From the NCBI GenBank assembly GCA_964347155.1, contig CAYFXR010000149.1, positions 1 to 33,332 of the forward strand: 33,332 nucleotides of DNA, in the 5' to 3' direction. Shown here in pieces: positions 8,755-17,279 of the stretch (position 1 is the stretch's first letter; each line of letters begins with the position of its first letter). The translations under genes and the position numbers were made by a program. The notes below the pieces were generated by a model. The model was not told the DNA's origin, made no database searches, and saw only the letters and a list, made by a program, of their open reading frames with translations. The DNA is from an uncultured Nitrospiraceae bacterium. GTDB taxonomy: Bacteria; Nitrospirota; Thermodesulfovibrionia; UBA6902.

Positions 8755-10175
8755 GATTAGGAAAAATCTACAACAGCATAGCATTTCGCATCTCTATCTC
8801 CATTGCCGTTGTAGTGGCTGCTACAACGATGGGTGTGAGTTGGCTGCTGCTGAGAGAAGAAAGAAAAACACTGGAACTTGAACTTCGTAGCAAGGGAATG
8901 TACCTTGCAAATACAATGTCCCACCATATCATCGAACCATTCCTTTATGAGGAACGGCATGAAATATTCTCTCTTCTCAAAGCATCTATGATTGACGAAG
9001 AGAGTCTTGTGGTGCATGCCGAGGTCTATGACAAGAATAGAGAATTGATTGTTACAGCAGACAAGGATGAAAAGTGGCAAACAATAAAGTTTCAGCCGCT
9101 TAACTTTGAAGATTCACTAGAGGATATTATTATCGAGGAAGACAATATCTTGCCAATTTATCATATATCTTTACCTCTTAAAGTAGAAGCACTTGGAACT
9201 ATTGGATTTATCAGGCTGTGCATAACAAAAGAATACCTTTATAAGACCCTTGGAAATGTAAAACAGAAGCTTTATCTTCTGTCAGCAGCCGTTATCTTTA
9301 TCGGCATAATGCTGGGACTCTGGATGGCAAGAAAAATTTTAAGACCAATACTTATTCTTAATAAAGGGGTAAAAATGGTTGGTGAAGGAGGGCCGGGTGT
9401 TGAGATACCTGTAGTTGGAGAGGGCGAGATAAAAGAGCTGGCACTTTCTTTTAACAGAATGTCCGAGAAATTGAAAGAACAGATTGAGGTGATAAAGACC
9501 GCTCAGGAAAATCTTATAAGGACAGAGAAACTCTATGCCGTTGGAGAATTCTCTGCAGGAATTGCACATGAAATAAAGAACCCTCTTACATCCATCAAAA
9601 TGCTTATGCAGACTACACGATACAAAAAAAAGGCACTGTCCGACAGAGATTTTGAGATTATTGAGGGAGAGATAAACAGGATAGATCGTATCGTAAAAGA
9701 GTTTCTTGCTTTTGCAAGACCTGAAAAGATTGAAAAGACAGATATAAGTATAAATGATGTCCTTGAAGAAGTTATTACATTGACCGAGCCAAAGATGAAA
9801 CAAACTACCATACAACTTGAACAGATGTTTTCTCCCAACCTGCCGATGATCAAGGGAAATCTTGATGGTCTCAAACAGGTTTTTCTCAATATTGTTCTTA
9901 ATGCCTTACAAGCAATGAATGGTGGTGGCACACTGGGTATAGAGACATCAAAGAATAAAGATATGCTGTCAGTTGTAATAAGAGACACCGGCGCTGGGAT
10001 TCCAAAACAGGATTTAAAAAGAATTTTTGACCCTTTCTTTACAACAAAAGAGGAAGGAACCGGTATGGGACTGGCTCTAACGTATAAAATAGTGAATGAC
10101 CACTCTGGCAAGATTGATATAGATTCGACTACATCCGGTACAACGGTAAAAGTGGATTTGCCCTTACCCGAATAA
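8751..10175 (+). CDS. Sensor histidine kinase (2 TM, periplasmic domain, HAMP, HisKA, HATPase_c)
   Basis: HEIKNPLTSI H-box and N/G1/G2 boxes (DTGAGIP, GTGMGLAL). GTG start overlaps the upstream stop. Confidence 0.85.
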   Translation: MRLGKIYNSIAFRISISIAVVVAATTMGVSWLLLREERKTLELELRSKGMYLANTMSHHIIEPFLYEERHEIFSLLKASMIDEESLVVHAEVYDKNRELIVTADKDEKWQTIKFQPLNFEDSLEDIIIEEDNILPIYHISLPLKVEALGTIGFIRLCITKEYLYKTLGNVKQKLYLLSAAVIFIGIMLGLWMARKILRPILILNKGVKMVGEGGPGVEIPVVGEGEIKELALSFNRMSEKLKEQIEVIKTAQENLIRTEKLYAVGEFSAGIAHEIKNPLTSIKMLMQTTRYKKKALSDRDFEIIEGEINRIDRIVKEFLAFARPEKIEKTDISINDVLEEVITLTEPKMKQTTIQLEQMFSPNLPMIKGNLDGLKQVFLNIVLNALQAMNGGGTLGIETSKNKDMLSVVIRDTGAGIPKQDLKRIFDPFFTTKEEGTGMGLALTYKIVNDHSGKIDIDSTTSGTTVKVDLPLPE

Positions 10176-10343
10176 TGCAGACATTGTAATAAAATTTATT
10201 TAATTCGATGGATTTATTATTAAATTATGCATATAGCTTGGAACAAACATATTCACCTTTGATTGGCTGGAATTGCGTCAAAGGTATCGAGAAATAGATT
10301 TTCTTCCAACGCCTGCATTATGTGAAATGCATTTTTTGGGTTT
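10164..10343 (+). mobile_element. MITE-like element, sub-family 2 (copy C), wedged exactly between kinase and sigma54-regulator genes
   Basis: Left TIR TTACCCGAATAATGCAGAC encodes the kinase's last codons L-P-E-stop. Right end ...AAATGCATTTTTTGGGTTT immediately precedes ATG 10344. Confidence 0.7.
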
Positions 10344-11750
10344 ATGAATACACTTCTTATTATAGATGACGAAAAAGCAGTGAGATACTCCTTTAAAAGG
10401 ATGTTTGAAGATGAATACAGGGTTTTAACTGCTGAGGACGGTGTATCGGCTCTGAATATTCTCGATACCAGCTATATTGGTGTTGACGTCATTTTCCTTG
10501 ATGTCAGAATGCCTGGCATGGGGGGGATAGAGGTGCTTAAAAAGATTAAGGAGATAACAAAGAACATTCCTGTTGTAGTAATGACGGCATTTGGCGATTC
10601 TGATACTGCTATTGAAGCTATGAAAGAAGGGGCGTTTGATTACCTTACAAAGCCTTTAGAGGGTAACCAGCTAAAAGATGTTATTGAAAAGGCGCTTGCA
10701 TCGGCACGGCTTCAGCAAGATGCTTCCTGTTGTGGAACGATAGAAGAACTCTCGGATAAGGAAGAGACAATTGTGGGAAAAACTCAGTCAATTCTTGATG
10801 TTTGTAAGATGATCGGTCAGGTTGCAAACACAGATGTGCCTGTGCTCGTAACAGGAGAAAGTGGTGTAGGAAAGGAGTTAGTGGCACGGGCAATATACAA
10901 CCACGGTAGTAGAAAAGGTAGACCTTTTATGGCTGTTAATTGTGCTGCACTTCTTGAGGGTGTGGTAGAGAACGAATTATTTGGTTCAGAGAAAGGGGCA
11001 TTCACGGGCGCTGACAAGAGGAGAATAGGAAGGTTCGAACAGTGTGACGGGGGTACTATCTTCCTTGATGAGATCGGAGATATGAGTATTCCAACTCAAG
11101 CTAAATTACTCAGGGTACTCCAGGATGGTAGCTTCGAGCGTATCGGAAGCAATGAGACAATAAAGACAAATGTGCGTATCATTGCTGCCAGTAATAAAAG
11201 TCTCCACGACGAGGTAAGGAACGGCAGGTTCAGAGAAGACCTGTTTCACAGACTCAATGTTTTTTCCATACACATTCCTGCGCTCAGAGAAAGAATGGAA
11301 GATATTCCGTTGCTCTCAGATTACTTCCTCTCAAGGGCGGTCAGGGATACGGATAAAAAGATCACGGGATTTTCACATGACGTAATTAAACGTTTTATGT
11401 CATATAACTGGCCGGGCAATGTGAGAGAGCTTGAAAATACCATAAAACGGGCTGTGGTAATTACTACTGGAGAGGTTCTTGGTGTGAATGATGTTATTTT
11501 AAATGCTGAGTCATGTACAAAAGAGTTTCAAGAGCTTTCTGTGGTAATTGACGGTTTATTTGAAAGGACGATTAACACGCAAGCCCCTTCAGACAGTTAT
11601 CACTCTATCCTCTCACGTGTGGAAAAATGTCTTATTGAAAAGGCACTAAATGTAACAAAGGGGAATCAGGTACAGGCATCTGCACTACTCGGTATTACAA
11701 GAGTCACATTAAGAAAAAAGATGCAAGAGTTCAAAATCCCGTCTGTATAG
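10344..11750 (+). CDS. Sigma-54-dependent response regulator (REC + AAA+ sigma54-activator + Fis-type HTH), NtrC/AioR-like
   Basis: Receiver Asp (FLDVRMPGMGG), Walker A GESGVGKE, GAFTGA motif, C-terminal HTH. Confidence 0.9.
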   Translation: MNTLLIIDDEKAVRYSFKRMFEDEYRVLTAEDGVSALNILDTSYIGVDVIFLDVRMPGMGGIEVLKKIKEITKNIPVVVMTAFGDSDTAIEAMKEGAFDYLTKPLEGNQLKDVIEKALASARLQQDASCCGTIEELSDKEETIVGKTQSILDVCKMIGQVANTDVPVLVTGESGVGKELVARAIYNHGSRKGRPFMAVNCAALLEGVVENELFGSEKGAFTGADKRRIGRFEQCDGGTIFLDEIGDMSIPTQAKLLRVLQDGSFERIGSNETIKTNVRIIAASNKSLHDEVRNGRFREDLFHRLNVFSIHIPALRERMEDIPLLSDYFLSRAVRDTDKKITGFSHDVIKRFMSYNWPGNVRELENTIKRAVVITTGEVLGVNDVILNAESCTKEFQELSVVIDGLFERTINTQAPSDSYHSILSRVEKCLIEKALNVTKGNQVQASALLGITRVTLRKKMQEFKIPSV

Positions 11751-11812
11751 GAAATGCACAGCCTTTATGCATACTTTTGATCATTTTATATAACTCACTC
11801 CTGATTAAATCC

Positions 11813-11995
11813 TTTAAACCAAAAAATGCATTTCACATAATGCAGGCTTTGTGAAAGAAATTATTTTTCGATACCATAAACGCAATATTAATTGATCGAA
11901 TGTAAATACTTTTATTCGAAGCCATATGCACAATGTAATAATAAATGTATCGAGTTAAATAATTTATTGAGCAATGTCTGCATTATGTAGGTTAA
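11813..11995 (-). mobile_element. MITE-like element, sub-family 1 (copy D), inverted relative to copy C, so the two flank the regulator gene
   Basis: Reverse complement ~90% identical to 2062-2243. Confidence 0.7.
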
Positions 11996-12021
11996 ATAAC
12001 GAATTCCCTTTATCTTTATTT

Positions 12022-12037
12022 TGGCATGTTATTTGCT
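12022..12037 (+). promoter_or_regulatory. Sigma-54 (-24/-12) promoter TGGCATGTTATTTGCT upstream of CheY-like gene
   Basis: GG and GC spaced as in the TGGCAC-N5-TTGCA consensus. Nearly identical to the second site at 12746. Confidence 0.6.
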
Positions 12038-12098
12038 TAACATAACGTCAATACAAGAGTATCTTGACCGTATTATATTTTACGAAACCAAAGATTAC

Positions 12099-12503
12099 AT
12101 GCTGGTAGAAAATAAAGAAAACACTTCTACAGGTATAAAAAAAAGGATTCTGATTGTTGATGATGAAACATTGATTCTCTCTCAGCTGTCAAATGCCCTT
12201 CGTATTTTTTGTGATTTTCAAGGTGAAGTGAAAACTGTTAAAAGTGGCAGGGAAGCTGTGAGAGAAATCAGTCATTGTTTCTGTGACATATGTTTTCTTG
12301 ATATCAATCTCCCTGATTTAAATGGCTTGGAAGTAATGAAAAAAATAAATGAGTTATCTCCTGTGACAAAAATTGCAATTATGACAGCGAGTCTTATAAA
12401 TAATGATATGATGAAGACAATAAAAGACGGCGCATCTCTTCTTATCGAAAAGCCATTCGATCTCTCCCGAATCAAGACTTTTGTGAAACAGGTATTGGGG
12501 TAA
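12099..12503 (+). CDS. Stand-alone CheY-like response-regulator receiver domain
   Basis: RILIVDDE ... DINLPDLNG ... TAS...K receiver motifs. The ORF-track N-terminal extension (12021-12098) overlaps the sigma54 promoter. The first in-frame ATG is at 12099. Confidence 0.75.
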   Translation: MLVENKENTSTGIKKRILIVDDETLILSQLSNALRIFCDFQGEVKTVKSGREAVREISHCFCDICFLDINLPDLNGLEVMKKINELSPVTKIAIMTASLINNDMMKTIKDGASLLIEKPFDLSRIKTFVKQVLG

Positions 12504-12745
12504 ATCTGGGTGTTTTATGGTGTGTCGTAATTGATATTCAGAAACGTATCCTGAAACACGTGCAGCACAAGATTCGGGTAAAATCTTTGCATAGAAAATA
12601 TACAGCCTGTACAATCACTATCCAGAATAATCCAAGAAATGCAGTTAGCCACGATTATAGTGACCCTTTGCCGAGCCCCATTTATAAATGACAAAGGGAG
12701 TTTTTTAAATACTTAATACCATCTTGTAAAAGTTTCAGGGCTAAA

Positions 12746-12761
12746 TGGCAGGTTATTTGCA
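12746..12761 (+). promoter_or_regulatory. Sigma-54 promoter TGGCAGGTTATTTGCA upstream of SPFH gene / respiratory operon
   Basis: Excellent match to TGGCAC-N5-TTGCA. Lies 52 nt upstream of SD AAGGAGGA (12813-12820) and ATG 12826. Confidence 0.7.
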
Positions 12762-12825
12762 TCAAGAAAGGGAAAGGTTCATTGAACAAAAAATCTTTTA
12801 CGAAAAATAAAAAAGGAGGAGTTTG

Positions 12826-13605
12826 ATGCAACAGCTAACTTCTATTGGTTTCTTACTAGCTGTAATTTTAGGTATATATCTTCTTTCAATTGCAATTTAT
12901 ATTCTAAGGGAATACGAGAGGGGTGTCGTCTTCAGGCTTGGTAGGTTAATACCTGTAAAAGGTCCTGGTCTTGTAATTATCATACCAATTATCGATAGAC
13001 TTGTGAAGGTAAGCCTGCGGATCGTTGCCTTGGAGGTGCCTGCTCAGGACGTAATTACAAAAGACAACGTCTCCATAAAAGTAAGTGCGGTTCTCTATTA
13101 CAGACCTGTTGATGCTAACAAGGCCATAACGGAAGTTGAAGATTATCATTACGCTACTTCGCAGATATCTCAAACAACCCTGAGGAGTGTTTTAGGACAC
13201 AGTCATCTTGATGAGCTCCTTGCCAAAAGGGAGGAATTAAATTCTCGGCTACAAAAAATCATTGATGACCAAACAGAACCCTGGGGCATTAAGGTTACGA
13301 CGGTCGAGGTAAAAACCGTTGACCTTCCATCAGAAATGTTGAGGGCAATTGCAAGACAAGCAGAAGCTGAAAGAGAGAGAAGGGCAAAAGTCATTCATGC
13401 AGAAGGTGAATATCAGGCATCTCAAAAACTTGCAGATGCAGCGGCTATCATTGGGACCCAGCCAACGGCAATACAACTCAGATTTCTCCAGACATTAGTA
13501 GAAGTAGCTACTGAAAGGAATTCAACAACAATATTCCCTGTACCCATAGACCTTCTGGAACCTTTCTTGAAGAAATCTAGAAAAGAGAGTGGTGGAGATT
13601 TGTAA
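12826..13605 (+). CDS. SPFH/band-7 (stomatin/prohibitin-like) membrane protein
   Basis: N-terminal TM helix. [15 protein letters not shown]-domain signature. Coiled-coil/Ala-rich C-terminus. Confidence 0.85.
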   Translation: MQQLTSIGFLLAVILGIYLLSIAIYILREYERGVVFRLGRLIPVKGPGLVIIIPIIDRLVKVSLRIVALEVPAQDVITKDNVSIKVSAVLYYRPVDANKAITEVEDYHYATSQISQTTLRSVLGHSHLDELLAKREELNSRLQKIIDDQTEPWGIKVTTVEVKTVDLPSEMLRAIARQAEAERERRAKVIHAEGEYQASQKLADAAAIIGTQPTAIQLRFLQTLVEVATERNSTTIFPVPIDLLEPFLKKSRKESGGDL

Positions 13606-13626
13606 GGGCGAAAGATTGCATACGCG

Positions 13627-14541
13627 ATGTATAGAGAAAACCGAAAGATGAGAAAGCTGAACCGAAGAGAATTTATAAGGCTGACAGCTGTTGGCGGGAC
13701 CGGCATTCTCCTGCCCCAACCGCTAAGGGTGCTTGATGACGCGTTTGACCAAATTATCGGGACTACACAGCAGAATAGCAAGATCGAATATGTACCGAAG
13801 CCGGTCACTGGGGTCAGATTCGGGATGGTTATAGACCTCGGAAAGTGCATTGGTTGCAGGCGGTGCATGTATGCCTGTAAACGGGAAAACAATGTGCCTG
13901 ACACCATTTCCCCTCCTTATATCATGGTGTTTGAAACCGAATCAGCTACGGGCGTAACAGGCCACTTCCCTTCACCGGAAATTCCGTGGAAGGGCACAAC
14001 AATGTATTACACCAGACTCCGGAAAGATAAGTGGTATATGCCAGTACAGTGTAACCATTGCGATCATGCTCCGTGTGTGAAAGTTTGTCCTACCGGAGCG
14101 TCATATAAAGATCCTGATGGTCTTGTATTGATAGATTATGAAAAATGTATAGGATGCCGGTATTGTATGACTGCATGTCCGTACAACGCCCGAAGATTCA
14201 ATTGGTGGGAGCCGGAGATACCTCATGACCGTATAAATCCCCTAGTGCCCTTACGCAGACACGGCATTGTAGAGAAATGCACCTTCTGCGTACACCGTAC
14301 AAGAAGGGGTAAATTCACACGTTGTGTGGAAGTATGCCCGAACAAGGCAAGAACCTTCGGAAATTTCAATGACCCTGACAGCAGGGTTTCCAAATTGGTT
14401 GAAACCGAAAGGAACTTCCGACTAAAGGAAGGACTTAATACAGAGCCACGTATATGGTATCTCACAAGACCCAAAGAAAAGCGCATGAGGTGGTATCGTC
14501 CCCTGCCTCCGTCTGAAAATATCAGAGGTGTCAGGTCATGA
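13627..14541 (+). CDS. TAT-exported 4x[4Fe-4S] ferredoxin subunit (NrfC/PsrB/DmsB-like)
   Basis: Twin-arginine motif NRREFIRL. Four Cys clusters (CIGCRRCMYAC; CNHCDHAPCVKVCP; CIGCRYCMTACP; CTFC...CVEVCP). The alternative start at 13648 is equally possible. Confidence 0.85.
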   Translation: MYRENRKMRKLNRREFIRLTAVGGTGILLPQPLRVLDDAFDQIIGTTQQNSKIEYVPKPVTGVRFGMVIDLGKCIGCRRCMYACKRENNVPDTISPPYIMVFETESATGVTGHFPSPEIPWKGTTMYYTRLRKDKWYMPVQCNHCDHAPCVKVCPTGASYKDPDGLVLIDYEKCIGCRYCMTACPYNARRFNWWEPEIPHDRINPLVPLRRHGIVEKCTFCVHRTRRGKFTRCVEVCPNKARTFGNFNDPDSRVSKLVETERNFRLKEGLNTEPRIWYLTRPKEKRMRWYRPLPPSENIRGVRS

Positions 14542-15716
14542 AAGATGTAAGCAGATCCTTTCACATCTTTGTTGTCGTATTGCTGGTCGTGATAGGCCTG
14601 GGCAGCTTCAACTGGCTTCGTTTCTTAACACATGGCCCCGGACTTACCGGTTCAAGTGATGCGGTGCCATGGGGAATATACATAACCGGGCTGGCATACT
14701 TTATAGGATTAAGTGCAGGCGCAACAATCGTCGGATTATTGATACACGGGTTTGGCCGTAATGACTACAAACCAATAGGGATACGCGCAATTCTTCTCGC
14801 GCTCCTCTGTATCTTCGGAGCCACACAATTTGTCCTGGTAGACCTGGGTGTTCCTTTTAGGGGATTGAAGGTGCCTCTCGTACTTCACAACCTGACGTCA
14901 CTCTTCCTTATCTCCTCGTCAAGCTATTACGGATTTATGACCATATTGGGAGGAGAACTCTACTTCTCAATAAAAGTGGCGAAAGGGAAAGCAAGCCACC
15001 GGGATGAAACAATAGCAAAATGGCTTGGAATTCTTGCGGTTCCGTATGCCCTCTGGGTAGTTCATGCCTTCACTGGATCAATCTTTGGTGTAGTAAAAGC
15101 AAGGGAAATGTGGAATACCCCCATGCTGCCGGTACATTTCGTGATATCAGCCATTGCAAGCGGATTTGCCATGGTGATATTGGTAGGAATAATAACATCG
15201 AAAATAGAAAAAAGAGAGCTCCTGAGCAGTGGAACTTATGACCACATGGGTAAACTGCTGGCCTTCTTTGTGGTAGTAACCCTGTTCCTTGACTTCTTTG
15301 ACTATTTTATTCTTCGATACAGCGCAAAAGCAGAGGCAATGGAAACATGGCATATTCTGACGGGCAGATATGCCCCTGTATTGGCAATGAATATCGGTGG
15401 ATTGGCTTCTGCGTTTTTGATACTGATCTTCAGAAAGGGGAGAACCGTCAATGGAATGTTTATTGCTACGATCCTGGTACAGCTGGCAATCATAGCATAT
15501 CGTATTAATCTGGTATCAGTAGGACAGTTAGTCCCTTTATTCCCGGGTATGGGTGAAATATACTACAGCCCGACATTTTCAGAGATATCAGTGGCGTTGG
15601 CTTTAGTGGCGCTTGTAATACTCCTTTATGCGGTGCTGTCCAGGATAATGCCTATGGAAGAAACAGTTCAGGAACTTGTACAGCAGCCGGTACAACGCAG
15701 CTGGAGGCATAGATAA
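14538..15716 (+). CDS. NrfD/PsrC-family polytopic membrane quinol-interacting subunit
   Basis: 392 aa, ~9-10 TM helices. ATGA overlap with the upstream FeS gene, typical for PsrBC/NrfCD pairs. Confidence 0.85.
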   Translation: MKDVSRSFHIFVVVLLVVIGLGSFNWLRFLTHGPGLTGSSDAVPWGIYITGLAYFIGLSAGATIVGLLIHGFGRNDYKPIGIRAILLALLCIFGATQFVLVDLGVPFRGLKVPLVLHNLTSLFLISSSSYYGFMTILGGELYFSIKVAKGKASHRDETIAKWLGILAVPYALWVVHAFTGSIFGVVKAREMWNTPMLPVHFVISAIASGFAMVILVGIITSKIEKRELLSSGTYDHMGKLLAFFVVVTLFLDFFDYFILRYSAKAEAMETWHILTGRYAPVLAMNIGGLASAFLILIFRKGRTVNGMFIATILVQLAIIAYRINLVSVGQLVPLFPGMGEIYYSPTFSEISVALALVALVILLYAVLSRIMPMEETVQELVQQPVQRSWRHR

Positions 15717-15752
15717 TTATTCATTAAGAAGCAAAAAGGAAAATTGAACTAG

Positions 15753-17219
15753 TTGATAGGCGGAGGTGAAAAATTGGACAAACAATCACGTGTAGATGTT
15801 CCAAATAGATATATTCAAAATAGATCCAGAAAAACAAAAAATGACTTTTCATATTATTGGGGTATTTGGTTTATCTTAGGCATTCTCCTTATATATATAC
15901 TGATAAAAATCGTCACCTATGCGCCACATACGGAAGAAGAAAAATGGATACCGGAACCTGCCAGGATTACTATCCCCGGCAGTCCCGATTATGTTGGTTC
16001 AGAGAGGTGCAGGGATTGCCACTGGAAGGAATACGATACCTGGAAGAATACATTACATTCCAAGTTTATGCAACTCCCGAATGAATACACGATCATAGGT
16101 GACTTTGAGAAAAATAACAAGTTGACTGTTAAAGTCACGAGTAAGGTGCCCGGGCTATCAAACAGACTGGTTACCAGCACAATGTATAAGAAGAACGGTG
16201 GTTTCTACGTGAACACCATTGGTCCTCATTTGAAGTACAACAATTATGAAATCACTCACGTCATCGGCATCGGAAGGAGACAGACATATATCACTACGTT
16301 CTCAAACGGTGAAATGCATGTCCTTCCAGTCGAGTGGGACGTCGAGAAGAAGACGTGGGTTGACAACAACGGCTTAAAAAACCACTACCCTGGAGATGGT
16401 GAATACTGGAGCGATAAGGGCAGTATCTGGCAATACAGGTGCGGTGGCTGCCACGTTACCGGCATGAAGATAAATTATGATGAAACAAGAGATTTCTTTG
16501 ACACCGACTGGGTAGACACCGGCATTGCATGTGAGGCATGCCATGGACCGGGTAGTAATCATGTCCAGGCTGCAAGTATGTTCTTTGAGGGCGAGAAGGA
16601 CACAATCATTAATCCGGCAAAGTTGCCGTGGCGGCTTCGTGCCATGATATGTGGCCAGTGCCACAACTGGGGATTAAGCACTACTGCAATTTCCCCAAAC
16701 AAGGAAGGCTTCCCGAAACAATTCAGCTACCCGTATGGTTATCAGGCTGGAAAAGCACTCTATCTCTACTATGTAGAGGAGCGTAAAAAGGAGAAGATAC
16801 ACCACCAGCAATACAATGAGTGGCAGCAGAGCGAGCACGCAAAAACAGGCGTTATGTGCACGAATTGTCACAATGTCCATCAAGAAGAAGATATAAAAAT
16901 TGCCATGACAAAGCTTACCCCGGACAGCTTATGTATGGATTGCCACAAGACATTGCAAAGAAGGGCAGCGCACAGAATTCATACATTCGGAAGCTGTGTT
17001 GCCTGTCACATGCCGAAGACAATAGGGCATGAACACAGTCATACATTTAAATTTATTTCGCCTGAGCTGAGCATAAGGGCGGGAGGCATTGAAAAACAAC
17101 CTAATTCCTGTAGCGGCTGTCATCACCACAAAGAGACGCCATTAGTGAATCTTGTTGAATTCCTTGATGCCGCCAAAAAAAGAGATATGCCGAAACCATT
17201 TTCAGCACACAGGAGGTAA
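15753..17219 (+). CDS. Membrane-anchored octaheme cytochrome c
   Basis: Eight CxxCH motifs (CRDCH, CGGCH, CEACH, CGQCH, CTNCH, CMDCH, CVACH, CSGCH). N-terminal TM anchor. No ATG before the anchor, so a TTG start (15753 or 15774) is assumed. Confidence 0.8.
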   Translation: MIGGGEKLDKQSRVDVPNRYIQNRSRKTKNDFSYYWGIWFILGILLIYILIKIVTYAPHTEEEKWIPEPARITIPGSPDYVGSERCRDCHWKEYDTWKNTLHSKFMQLPNEYTIIGDFEKNNKLTVKVTSKVPGLSNRLVTSTMYKKNGGFYVNTIGPHLKYNNYEITHVIGIGRRQTYITTFSNGEMHVLPVEWDVEKKTWVDNNGLKNHYPGDGEYWSDKGSIWQYRCGGCHVTGMKINYDETRDFFDTDWVDTGIACEACHGPGSNHVQAASMFFEGEKDTIINPAKLPWRLRAMICGQCHNWGLSTTAISPNKEGFPKQFSYPYGYQAGKALYLYYVEERKKEKIHHQQYNEWQQSEHAKTGVMCTNCHNVHQEEDIKIAMTKLTPDSLCMDCHKTLQRRAAHRIHTFGSCVACHMPKTIGHEHSHTFKFISPELSIRAGGIEKQPNSCSGCHHHKETPLVNLVEFLDAAKKRDMPKPFSAHRR

Positions 17220-17279
17220 CGTATTTAGGTTTTCTTGCTGCAAGATCTATGAACAAAGGAGGGAACTGAACAATAGGCC

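Noticed and set aside
12021-12098. N-terminal 26 codons of the CheY-like ORF and TTG start
   Set aside because: Region matches a sigma54 promoter (TGGCATGTTATTTGCT). The receiver domain begins right after the ATG at 12099.
13606-13620. Possible third sigma54-like site AGGGCGAAAGATTGCA just before ATG 13627
   Set aside because: Only GG and TTGCA match and the flanks are poor. It would place the TSS inside the FeS ORF. Likely chance, with the operon read from the 12746 promoter.
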